From an uncultured Phycisphaerales bacterium (GTDB taxonomy: Bacteria > Planctomycetota > Phycisphaerae > Tepidisphaerales > Tepidisphaeraceae), in the NCBI GenBank assembly GCA_963792535.1, contig CAWBWQ010000001.1, forward strand, positions 160,001-224,000: a stretch of 64,000 bases of DNA, read 5' to 3'. Made by a program: the position numbers and the translations under genes. Every line of letters begins with the position of its first letter. The stretch's first letter is position 1. Below the pieces are notes generated by a model. The model was not told the DNA's origin and did no database searches. It was given only the letters and a program-made list of their open reading frames with translations. Below, in pieces: positions 1-9,302 of the stretch.

Positions 1-495
1 CGGTTCAACCGGCCACCGGTCCATCGGCAACAGCCACGGCGGCAGTTCACCTGCTCGTTTGGCGAGGCTGCTCCACGGCCAGCGAGCGGCCGATCTGACC
101 AGATTGGCCCGCAGCGGATTTCGCTCCGCGTAACGGCAAACCACCAGGCAGTGCTCATCGCGCTGAATCGGAAAACTCTTGAATCGCCCCTGATATAGCG
201 GACCAGTTCCAGCCGAGTGATGATGCGCATGCCAGCGCTGGGTGTGGGTGACGGTCAGCAGCCGCATGAACTCGCTCAATTGGCCATCCTCCCTGGGCCA
301 AAGAACCAGATGCCAGTGATTGGGCATCAGGCAATAGCTGACAATGCGCATCGGCCATCGCTTGACGGTTCGCTCGACAACCCGCTCGAAAGCCAGGTAA
401 TCCTCGCTATCCTCAAATATGGTCCCCCGTCCAACCGCCCGGTTGAGCACGTGGTAAACAATTCCGCCGGCGGAAGTCCTGAGACGTCGAGGCAT
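1..495 (-). CDS. REP-associated tyrosine transposase (RAYT / Y1 HUH transposase), 3' end beyond window start
   Basis: Manual translation from ATG at 495 gives MPRRLRTSAGGIVYHVLNRAVGRGTIFEDSEDYLAF...YCLMPNHWHLVL...GPLYQGRFKSFPIQ...CRYAERNPLRANLV...WPWSS. It has the HUH motif (HWH), catalytic Tyr and NP..A motif, and is open to base 1. Confidence 0.93.
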   Translation of the reverse strand, partial: MPRRLRTSAGGIVYHVLNRAVGRGTIFEDSEDYLAFERVVERTVKRWPMRIVSYCLMPNHWHLVLWPREDGQLSEFMRLLTVTHTQRWHAHHHSAGTGPLYQGRFKSFPIQRDEHCLVVCRYAERNPLRANLVRSAARWPWSSLAKRAGELPPWLLPMDRWPVEP

Positions 496-502
496 GGCAT
501 GA

Positions 503-531
503 AGAATACCGACGAACCTAACCGCTGTCAA
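503..531 (-). promoter_or_regulatory. sigma70-type promoter of the RAYT gene, probably leaderless
   Basis: Minus strand TTGACA (531-526), 17-nt spacer, TATTCT (508-503), then 7 nt to the ATG at 495. Confidence 0.65.
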
Positions 532-611
532 AGACTCCCGACCCCTTTGAATTCCGTAACCGCTGTCAAAGACTCCCGACCCCTTTGATTTCCCCGACCC
601 CTTTGAATTCC
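519..611. repeat. Tandem cluster of three TIR right ends upstream of the RAYT
   Basis: TAACCGCTGTCAAAGACTCCCGACCCCTTTGA(A/T)TTCC at 519-555 and 557-593, plus partial CCGACCCCTTTGAATTCC at 594-611. Confidence 0.9.
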
Positions 612-617
612 CGCGGT

Positions 618-2053
618 TCAGCGGCCGTGCTTTGCGGTGCCACGCCGGCGTGCGAGCGAAAGCAGCCCGAGCGCGAGCACGCCGATCGATCCCGGTTCAG
701 GTACGGCGGTGAAGGTGACGTTGTAAGCAAAGGCCTGACCGGGTGTGCCGAAGGGGGCGGATTGGTCGGTTTGAACGGTCAGCAACGCCGAGTAGGTGCC
801 GGGAGGAAGTGCGGCTGCGTTGGAGACGGACAGATCGATGCCGGTGGTGCCCAGCTCGTAAAGGATGGTGTCGGGCGTGAAACCGGTGATCTGGAAATCG
901 GCGGCCTGTGGTCCGGACAACTGCGCGGATAACAGCGACAGCGCGGTCAGCGCGTCGGCGGTTCCAAGATCAGTGGATTCATTGGTGACCTGCAGGGCAG
1001 ATGGGCCGGCGGTGAGGCTGATGGTTGGAGACGGGGCGGCGAAGTAGATCGGGCCGACAATGCCATTGCTGCCGCGCGGGGCGGAGACTGAAGCGGATCG
1101 CGGCGCGACAGAAGCGACGTGACTTGAAGTGCCCGCAGGATCAGCGATGGGATTGACCGCCCCCACTGTGGGAGAATAGGTGCCCACCGGCGCTGGTGTG
1201 GCGGCGGTGGCGGCGAAACCAGCGACAAAATATCCCGGCATGGCCGGCTGCGCAGAAGTGCGCCGGTGCCCGGAACAAAATATCCAGGCGGTGCGATGCT
1301 TGGGATGCTTGAACCGGTAGTGGCCGTGAAGTAACCGGGTTGGCAGGTGGTGGGGCTGCTCGCTGCCGGTGTGCTGACGTAGGTTCACGCCGGTGCCAGG
1401 GTATAGCTGGACGATCCGGAACTGGGAACAAATGTGCCCACCGGCACCGCGGTTTGGGAAGAAGACCCAGGTTTGGGCACGTAATAGCCTGGCATTGCTG
1501 GTATATCCGACGCTGCCGCGGCGTTTGGAACGTAGTAACCCGCCGGAGCGATCATGGCTGAGGTTGCGCCGGTGCCCGGAACAAAATATCCAGGCGATGC
1601 GATGCTTGGGAAGCTTGAACCGGTAGTGGCCGTGAAGTAACCGGGTTGGCAGGTGGTAGGGCTGCTCGCTGCCGGTGTGCTGACATAGGTTCCCGCCGGT
1701 GCCAGGGTATAGCCGGACGATCCGGAACTGGGAACAAATGTGCCCACCGGTGCCGCGGTTTGAAACGAGGCAGCGGAATTAGGCACATAGTACCCAGCCA
1801 TGGCGGCCCGCTGGGAAGTGGCACCAGCGTTTGGGACGAAGTATCCCAACGCCGCGGGCGTCGCCGCCAGCGCACCGGCGCTGGAAGTGTAATAACCAGG
1901 ACTGCAAAGCGACGCCCCCGCCGCCAGGCCGCCGTTGGGGTTGTAATAGCCCGGCGAACAAAGCTGGGCTGAAAGATTCGAGGCGGTCATCAGGACCAGC
2001 GTTACCACCGGCATCCAGAACCGGCGGCCCGCCGAAAAAGTAAACGTTTTCAT
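618..2053 (-). CDS. Secreted PEP-CTERM protein with 17-aa PGYY/PGTF repeats (GCC2_GCC3/ephrin-receptor-like); frameshifted near 1388 and 1259
   Basis: Signal peptide MKTFTF...SNLSAQ; repeats such as CSPGYY, AMAGYYVP, APAGTYVS; C-terminal VPEPGSIGVLALGLLSLARRR. A 306-bp internal DNA duplication is visible (1260 vs 1566). Confidence 0.8.
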
Positions 2054-2259
2054 TGTCCTCACCCTTATCCCTGCCCTTTGGGTTGTGTCCGGCTGAACGC
2101 ATGGAGCCGATGTGTGCCCCACCGGCAAAACATTTAGGTTCGTATCGTAATAACTCGATTATGCCGATTCAACGCTATTGTTTCGCTATTGTTGAGAATC
2201 TTTTGCCCCGATGAAACCGGTCACGCTGAGGTGACCTCAAGGTTTGCAAAATCGGCCAA

Positions 2260-2356
2260 GTCATTCAAAGGGGTCGGGTGTCTTTTCAAAGACATCTCTC
2301 CCGACCCCTTTGATTTCCCCCCGACCCCTTTGATTTCCCGACCCCTTTGATTTCCC
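2260..2356. repeat. TIR mini-element (left end + right end) with two extra partial right ends
   Basis: GTCATTCAAAGGGGTCGGGTGTCTTT-TC-AAAGACATCTCTCCCGACCCCTTTGATTTCCC followed by two more CCGACCCCTTTGATTTCC. Confidence 0.88.
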
Positions 2357-2586
2357 CTCACAAACTGCCCTCAGGAGAACATCGTCGTCGGATGAAAAAG
2401 TATCGCGATTATCGTTACGGTCAACGTTGGCAGGTCGAAACTGTGATGAGCATGATCAAACGCAACCTGGGCAGCTTCGTCGCCGCACGCAGCGATCAAG
2501 CACGCAGTAAAGAGACGATGTCGAAAGTGCTAACGCACAATCTGACGCTACTCGTTGCGGCTTTAATTAGGCTTTTCTACAGAGCA
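2357..2586 (+). pseudogene. 3' remnant of an IS5-family element (IS-A): transposase C-terminus plus right IR
   Basis: YGQRWQVETVMSMIKRNLG...KVLTHNL (Y-x2-R-x3-E-x6-K DDE signature); ends TTTTCTACAGAGC. Confidence 0.8.
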
Positions 2587-2596
2587 ACTCCCGACC

Positions 2597-3615
2597 GGCT
2601 CTGTCTCGACCCTCACTCCAGCTTGGCTAACAGCATCAGATTGTGAGTGATCGCCATCAGCCTTTGCTCTAGCTTTCGCGCGGGTGCTGCGGCTGCGAAG
2701 GCTGTCTCCAAGGTTCCGTTTGAGCATGCTCATTACCGTCTCGGCTTGGGCGCGGCAGCCATAGGGCTGGCCCTTCTGCGAGCCGCTAATCAAATAGTGC
2801 ATCATTCGGCGATAATGGCCCGACGGTGCTTTGCTGGTCTGGCGACCAACGCCAGTCTTGATGTACGACCGGATTCCCATTTGCTCGCGTGCTGTCACAT
2901 GGTTGGCTTCTGAATCATATCCGGCATCGGCGTAGACGCACCAGACACGGTGGCGACGAGTCGCCTGCCGGAGCACCGGAACAAAGTCTGGCGCGTCGCT
3001 TCCCATGCCGGTCTTGGCCATCGCGTCAAGGATCACGTGCGACGCCACATCGGTCGCCAGAACGAGCTTGGGTGATTTCGCGCGGTGCGACTGCGCATTG
3101 TGTCTGCCGAGGTCTTGTCGCTCTCGCGGCGATGCCGCAGGCGACGCTCATAGTGGCGGCTGCGATGGTGGGTGTCATACAGCGTGGAATCGATGGCCGC
3201 GTCGGTCCCCAGCACTTTGCATTGCTCGAACCAACTGGCCAGCAGATCGAGCAGGCGACTGGTGCGGGCAAGTGTCACGATGCTGTGAAACGCGCGGCAC
3301 AGCGTGTTGTGATCCGGAGGCCGGGGCATGCCGATCAACTTGCACCAGTCGGTGTCTGTCAGAAGCGACTCGACGCCGCGATAGCTACAGTGCATCAGCT
3401 CGCGTACCACCAAACACGCGAACAACTGGGCCAGAGTGAAATCCTTGCGACTGCATGGGCTGGAATGAGCTGGCAGAACACGCTGCGCTAAACGATAAGC
3501 CAGCTGCATCACCTTCCATGGCGATTTTGAGGTCTCCATGCTGTAGTGTGTATTGCGCGTTGCACCGCCGCGCGAGCGAACAAAATGCGGACAGATAGAG
3601 GGTCGAGACAGAGCC
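2597..3615 (-). mobile_element. IS5-family insertion sequence (IS-B, copy 1), IS903-like ends
   Basis: Perfect 18-bp IRs GGCTCTGTCTCGACCCTC / GAGGGTCGAGACAGAGCC; 9-bp target duplication CTCCCGACC at 2588-2596 and 3616-3624. Confidence 0.92.
2613..3539 (-). CDS. IS5-family DDE transposase (frameshifted)
   Basis: PDHNTLCR, AIDST, YADAGYDSE and YGCRAQAETVMSMLKR motifs split over ORFs 3033..3539 and 2563..3048; C-terminal LMAITHNLMLL in a shifted frame. Confidence 0.85.
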
Positions 3616-3773
3616 CTCCCGACCCCTTTGAATTAACCGACCCCTTTAATCGTCCCTGACTGGAGACCCTTTGGCAACACCAGAAGCGGCTAATGCGGGC
3701 GTGCAGGCGCAACCTTCGACGAGTCGTCCACACAAGAAGCGCCCCACCGGTGCCGTAGTTCGCTACATAGTAG

Positions 3774-3828
3774 GTCATTCAAAGGGGTCGGGAGTCTTTT
3801 CAAAGACTCCCGACCCCTTTGATTTCCC
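3774..3828. repeat. Palindromic TIR mini-element (non-autonomous)
   Basis: Perfect 21-bp inverted repeat TCAAAGGGGTCGGGAGTCTTT (3779-3799) / AAAGACTCCCGACCCCTTTGA (3802-3822); tips GTCAT and TTTCCC. Confidence 0.92.
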
Positions 3829-4151
3829 CGCGATTATCGTTACGGTCAACGTTGGCAGGTCGAAACTGTGATGAGCATGATCAAACGCAACCTGGGCAGC
3901 TTCGTCGCCGCACGCAGCGATCAGCACGCAGTAAAGAGACGATGTTGAAAGTGCTAACGCACAATCTGATGCTACTCGTTGCGGCTTTAATTAGGCTTTT
4001 CTACAGAGCAACTCCCGACCCCTTTAATCGTCCCTGACTGGAGACCCTTTGGCAACACCAGAAGCGGCTAATGCGGGCGTGCAGGCGCAACCTTCGACGA
4101 GTCGTCCACACAAGAAGCGCCCCACCGGTGCCGTAGTTCGCTGCATAGTAG
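3829..4151 (+). repeat. ~320-bp direct repeat of 2404-2596 + 3625-3773 (IS-A 3' remnant + TIR + ~130 bp unique DNA)
   Basis: Base-by-base comparison shows three substitutions, a 1-nt indel, and an 18-bp TIR stutter plus the IS-B insertion in the first copy only. Confidence 0.92.
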
Positions 4152-4559
4152 ATCAACGGTCCTCGCATTACGCAGGTCACACGGCTCATCACCCACAGCC
4201 CGCGTAAATTCAGGAATCGCAAACACAGTGACGGCTGGGGCAGTGACAAATGTACAGCTCTTATTGACCATTTTTTGTTTGAAGTCTTCGTTACAGATGC
4301 TACAGTTTAGCCCGCAGGCGGCGTGATGGATTCGATCTGCCTCGCAGTGACTACAATGTTCCGGGCGGAACGACTCTCGATCGCGTTAGTCGGCTTAACT
4401 TTATCCCTCTGATTTTCGCATTTGGCTCTCGCGTTTGTGCGCGGGATGCCGCGGCATACACCTCGACCCACCGTCGAAGGTCATGCCTTTCACTCCTGGC
4501 GGAGTGTTACGTCTCGGACCGCGATCCCATGCGGCCCTCGTACAAGGAAGGAACTTTTC

Positions 4560-7500
4560 ATGCTCGGACTCTCGCGGAACCTACGGCGGACTCAATCTTC
4601 CTCAAATCTTTCTTCGGACAAACGCAAACGCGGACGGTCGGCGGTCCAATCGGCCATCGAATTGATGGAAAACCGGTTGTTGATGAGCTCCGGACCCGTC
4701 ATCCGCACCTGGGTAAACCCTTATACCGGACAGACCGTCACTTCCAGTTGCTACATGTGCCAATACCTCGATCCAATGATGCCGGATTCGGCTGCCACGA
4801 ATGTCGCGGTGAAGAGCGGTAACTGGTCTGATCCTTCCACCTGGCAAAACGGGGCCGTTCCCGCCGCCAACGCGGATGTTCTTATTCCCGCAGGGATCAC
4901 CGAGACCGTTGATGGTGTCATCGCCGCACGCCTGAAATGGGTTCACGTTTACGGGGCTTTACAATTTGCAACAAACGTGAACACCGCACTTAACGTCGAA
5001 ACCCTTTGGACAGACGATGGCGCGATTTTGACCATCGGCACCGCCGCGAATCCGATCGCCGCGAATGTCACCGCCAAGGTAAATTTCATCGATACCGGTG
5101 CAACCGATCGAGTTTGGGACCCAGAGTGGCTTAGCCGGGGGCTCCTATCGATGGGTTTCACCACAATGTATGGCTCGACCGTGACGCCATATGTTGCCCT
5201 TTCGCAGCCCGCGACGGCTGGCAGTACCGATCTGGTAATTCCCACTCCGACAGGTTGGAACGTCGGCGACAGCCTGGTCCTGGGTGGCACCACCCCCACC
5301 TCGAACCAAGACGAACAGCTCACGGTTCTTGGAATCAGCTCTCTCGGTAACGGGCTCTCTGATGTGAAGGTCAGCGCGCTGAAATATAGCCACGTTGCGC
5401 CAAACTCAAACCTCAATGTGTACCTCACTGACACCACGCGCAATGTGATATTTAACTCCGAAAACACCGCGGTCGACCGGCGTGGACACGTCATGTTCAT
5501 GGACATGCCGACAGTCAATATCAATTACATCGCCTTTGATAATCTGGGTCGCACCGATAAGAGTAAGCCCATCAACGACCCCGTGCTCGATGCCAATGGT
5601 CAGTTGGTACCTGGCACCGGCACCAACCCGCGGGCAAGGTATTCGGTGCATTTTCACCTGGTCGGGACCAATGCCGCTAACGGCGAATCCACCGTTACGG
5701 GATGCAGCGTCGTCAACAGCCCCGGCTGGGGTTACGACAATCACGGTAGCTACGTCGATTTCGAAGACAACACCGCCTACAACGTGTACGGCACCGCGTT
5801 CGTCGCCGAACGGGGTGATGAGATCGGCACTTACAACGGCAATCTGGCGATCCGCGGTACCGGCGACGGCACCGGGCTTGGCAACATGAATGGCCGACGC
5901 GGGAACATGGACTTCGGACATGAAGGCGAAGGATTCTGGTTCCAGGGCACCAACACCACCGTCACCAACAATATCGCCCTCGGAATGCCAGAGGCCGGAT
6001 TCGTCTACTACCCAATCAACGGCATGCAGTTCGACCACCAGAGCGAAATCGACATTGCCGCGGCAAATTTCGATTCCGACGCGGCGGCTGCTTTTCCAGG
6101 CGCAACCAGCGTCCCGGCGTGGGAAGTTGGTGTCCGCGACTTTGATGGTAATACCACCTACGCCTCGGGCAATGGCTTTGAAGCGGTCTACGATCACACC
6201 AAAAACGTCAATGTGTTCAAAAATTCCACAGCTTGGAATGTAAATAACGGCTTCTTTGCTCCGTACTCCTACAACGCAATTGGTGGGCCCCACACTAACA
6301 TCATCTTGCAGAACCTTACGCTCCTCGGCAATCTAAATACCCCGTCCGGTACGGGCATTTCAGGCAACACCAATACGGGCGATATGGCACTGGATAACGT
6401 GACCGTCGAGGGTTTCAACACCGGCTGGGGCGTGGATAGTCACGGCCTCAATGCCGTGAACGGCGGTATCTTCGAGAATATTACCGACTTCGTCTTCACG
6501 CGACCGGCACAAAATGGCCAGACCGGTGGGTACGATGGAAACAACTTCATTCCCTTCGACGGCACTACACAGTTTATCACCCTCGGTGCCGCCGCCCTGA
6601 ACGGGAAAACCCATTACCAGTACTACTTCAACGGCAATGGCTGGGTCTCTCAATACGATATTCAGCGAGACTTCTTCGCCACCATGATCAATTTCACCGG
6701 CGGCCCGAATGCCGGGCAGCAACTCTACTTCCCAGAGCAGGCCGCGAGTTATGTGCCGTTCGCCACCGGCACCGCGCTGTCGACGATTCCTTCAACGATG
6801 CTCGATAAGACCAACGCACAACTGATGGCACAGTACGGCATTGCCGTCGGTAACCAGGCGGCACCTGCCAACGCCACCGCCGTGCCACTGTCGAATGGTT
6901 TGATGGGTGCGGTATCCGTCTTCAGATCACCTTCTCGCGTTAGCAAAGAATACGTGTCCGGCAGCAGTTACCTGCTGCAGTACACGGATCAGAACGGGAC
7001 TCGTGTCAACGAAACCACCGCCTCAACGCTTGTCAACGGTTGGAATCTGCTGACCCGCACGGTCAACGGACTATTGGTTTCGTTCCCGGTCTTTGCGGAT
7101 GTCAATCCGGTGACGCCCGCCTTCACACCCTCTTCACCGCTAACGCTGATGCTGCCAGTTGCTTCCGAGGCCAACGGGTATACCCTCACCGGCTCGTTCT
7201 TCGATCCGTCCGGCGGGCCTACCTCGTTCAGCCAGACCTTCACCGGCGCCCAGCTTCAGGCGGCGACCGTAAATCAGCGCACCGACGGCTCGTACTATAT
7301 CATTCTCCCCGGTGTCACTTATAAAGACCAAGCGGGCACCACCTTCTCAAACATCCCGATTCCGTTGACGCTGACCACCCCGTATGCCCCGCTGGGTGCC
7401 TTCAGCAGCACGCTCGACATCGGCTCGCCGGCCCAGGCAGGGTCGGGCGCATTTGACGGCTCCACTTATACCGTCGTTGGCGGCGGTAGCGATATCTGGG

Positions 7501-8494
7501 CGCCTCCGATCAGTTCCACTTCGTATCCACCCTCATCAACGGCGACGAAACCTTCACCGCGCGGGAAACTTCCGTCAGCAGCAGCAACAGCCAGCCGTGG
7601 GCCAAGGCCGGTCTGATGATACGGGCTGACACCTCCGCAACCGCCGCGTTTGCAAACGTGCTCGTCACACCCGGTGGTAATGTGAGCTTCCAATATCGCA
7701 GCACCGTTGGCGGTAGTACCACCCAAAGCTATATCAGCGGCGTGACCGGTCCGGTCTGGCTTAAGCTGGTACGCAGCGGTAATACGTTCTCTGCGTATTA
7801 CACCACCGTTGCCAGCCCAACTTCAACAGACTGGATTCAGGTCGGCACAACCCAGACAATCTCCATGGCCACCTCTGTGCAGGCCGGCTTATCTGTGACA
7901 AACCACAGCACCACCGGATCATGCACCGCGACGTTCACCAACGTGCAGTTGTCCCGCGCCTCCGTGAATCTGTCATCCGCCTTCACCAACATCGGAATCG
8001 CCACGGATGGGACAACTTTCACCAATGGCAATAGCCTCGATTTCGGCGGTAGCTCGCTTTCTGGAAACCTCCTGGGTACCTCGGTCAACTGGAACGGCAA
8101 CACGTTCAACCTTGGTTCGCCCGGCACCAATGATCTTATCGTGGGTCTGGGTCAAACCCTCACCGTGCCGACCGGCAATTACAGTTCGCTTCAACTGCTC
8201 GCAGATGCCGCCAGAGGTGGTCTGGGAAATCAGGTCTTCACCATCACTTACACCGATGGCACCACCCAGACCTTCACACAAAGCATCAGTGACTGGGCCT
8301 CAAACGGAACCAACCCGGGTGAATCGGTTGCGGTGAGCATGCCATACTTTGATTCCGCTGCAGGAACAACGCAAACCGGAACCCGCCGGGTGTATGGCTA
8401 CAACTTCGCCTTGAATCCTGCGAAGACGCTGGAAAGCATCACCCTCCCCAACAACACCAACTTCAAACTGTTTGCGATGGACGTAGTGGCTTAA
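4560..8494 (+). CDS. Large secreted G8-domain / parallel beta-helix protein with C-terminal beta-sandwich (carbohydrate-binding-like) domains; frameshift near 7500
   Basis: Planctomycete LEPRxLL-like motif IELMENRLLMS; G8 start AVKSGNWSDPSTW; LGR...RYSVHFH and DFGHEGEGFW motifs; GGGSDIW...WAKAGLMIR module continues in ORF 7616..8494. RBS AAGGAAGGA before the ATG at 4560. Confidence 0.8.
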
Positions 8495-8521
8495 CTTCAC
8501 TTCCCAGAAGCACCAGACGAC

Positions 8522-8555
8522 CCCCGGGACTGAATCAGACAGTCCCGGGGTTTTT
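8522..8555 (+). terminator. Rho-independent terminator
   Basis: CCCCGGGACTG-aatcaga-CAGTCCCGGGG followed by TTTTT. Confidence 0.85.
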
Positions 8556-8783
8556 GTTGCGCTCCCCAGAATGGCAGACACAAAGCTACATCTACCGTTA
8601 AATGATGGGGAGGTTAGCGAAGGGAAGCAGGTCTAATTTTCAATGAAGCGAGCGATTGCACCCATCGTCGTCGGACTGATACTCTTTGGTTCATGCCACG
8701 ATCAAAGACCAGCACTTAACTTCGATCTCAAACGTGCTAACTGCTTCGCCAGAACAGGCTGCGGCGTAACGATCTAAATGAAA

Positions 8784-8800
8784 AATGACCCCTTTATGTC
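8784..8800. repeat. TIR-like end (GGGGTCA variant)
   Basis: AATGACCCCTTTATGTC; its tip abuts the truncation point of the RAYT fragment. Confidence 0.6.
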
Positions 8801-8869
8801 GTTCCCCGCAGCCCGGTTCCAAATATGATAAACAAGACCACCGGGACACTGTCTGGCTTGACGAGGCAT
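8801..8869 (-). pseudogene. N-terminal remnant of a second RAYT
   Basis: MPRQARQCPGGLVYHIWNRAAG aligns with MPRRLRTSAGGIVYHVLNRAVG of the RAYT at 1-495. Confidence 0.82.
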
Positions 8870-8905
8870 GCGAACAAAACAGCATATTTGTTGACGAAGC
8901 GGTAC

Positions 8906-8931
8906 GTCTTCGCGTCCCCTTTGATTTGCCC
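8906..8931. repeat. TIR end (GGGGACGCG variant) upstream of the second RAYT
   Basis: GTCTTCGCGTCCCCTTTGATTTGCCC, same position and orientation relative to the ATG as the TIR at 529-555. Confidence 0.8.
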
Positions 8932-9195
8932 GTTGTAGGTTTTCGCCAGTTTCCGCGCGATCTGCTGCACCGAAGTTTTGCCATCGCAATGCGACCAGAC
9001 CATCTGCCCCAGCAGATCAAATTTAAAAGTCCTGGTCGCCTCGGTCGGCAACCGCAACAACCAACGGCTTTACCGCGGCTGGCGAATCTTCACCGTCAAT
9101 CGACCTTCGGTCATCTCGCCGTCAACCAATCGCAACGGTTTGGATGCCAACTGCTGCTGGCGCGTCATGCGCGGTTTGACGGGTTTGCGGAACAC
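8932..9195 (-). pseudogene. PqqD-family (RRE-like) protein pseudogene
   Basis: RTFKFDLLGQMVWSHCDGKTSVQQIARKLAKTYN; in-frame TAA at 9070-9072; cut off by the TIR tip at 8931. Confidence 0.7.
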
Positions 9196-9302
9196 TTCGA
9201 CGACGACAACTGAATTCCCGCGCGAGCCAAGCGTGGGAAACCGGGAGAATACCCAAAGGGGCGACCGCTACGCGGCGATGTACAAGTACGGCTGGCGGAG
9301 TA

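Noticed and set aside
217..588. Plus-strand 123-aa ORF
   Set aside because: It is the antisense shadow of the RAYT gene on the minus strand.
3050..3100. Programmed frameshift in the IS-B transposase
   Set aside because: There is no clear slippery heptamer, the two copies differ in indels here, and indels are pervasive across the window.
519..4030. CCGACCCCTTTGA repeats as a CRISPR array
   Set aside because: Spacing is irregular (0 to >1000 nt), both orientations occur, intervening DNA copies adjacent sequence, and no cas genes are present.
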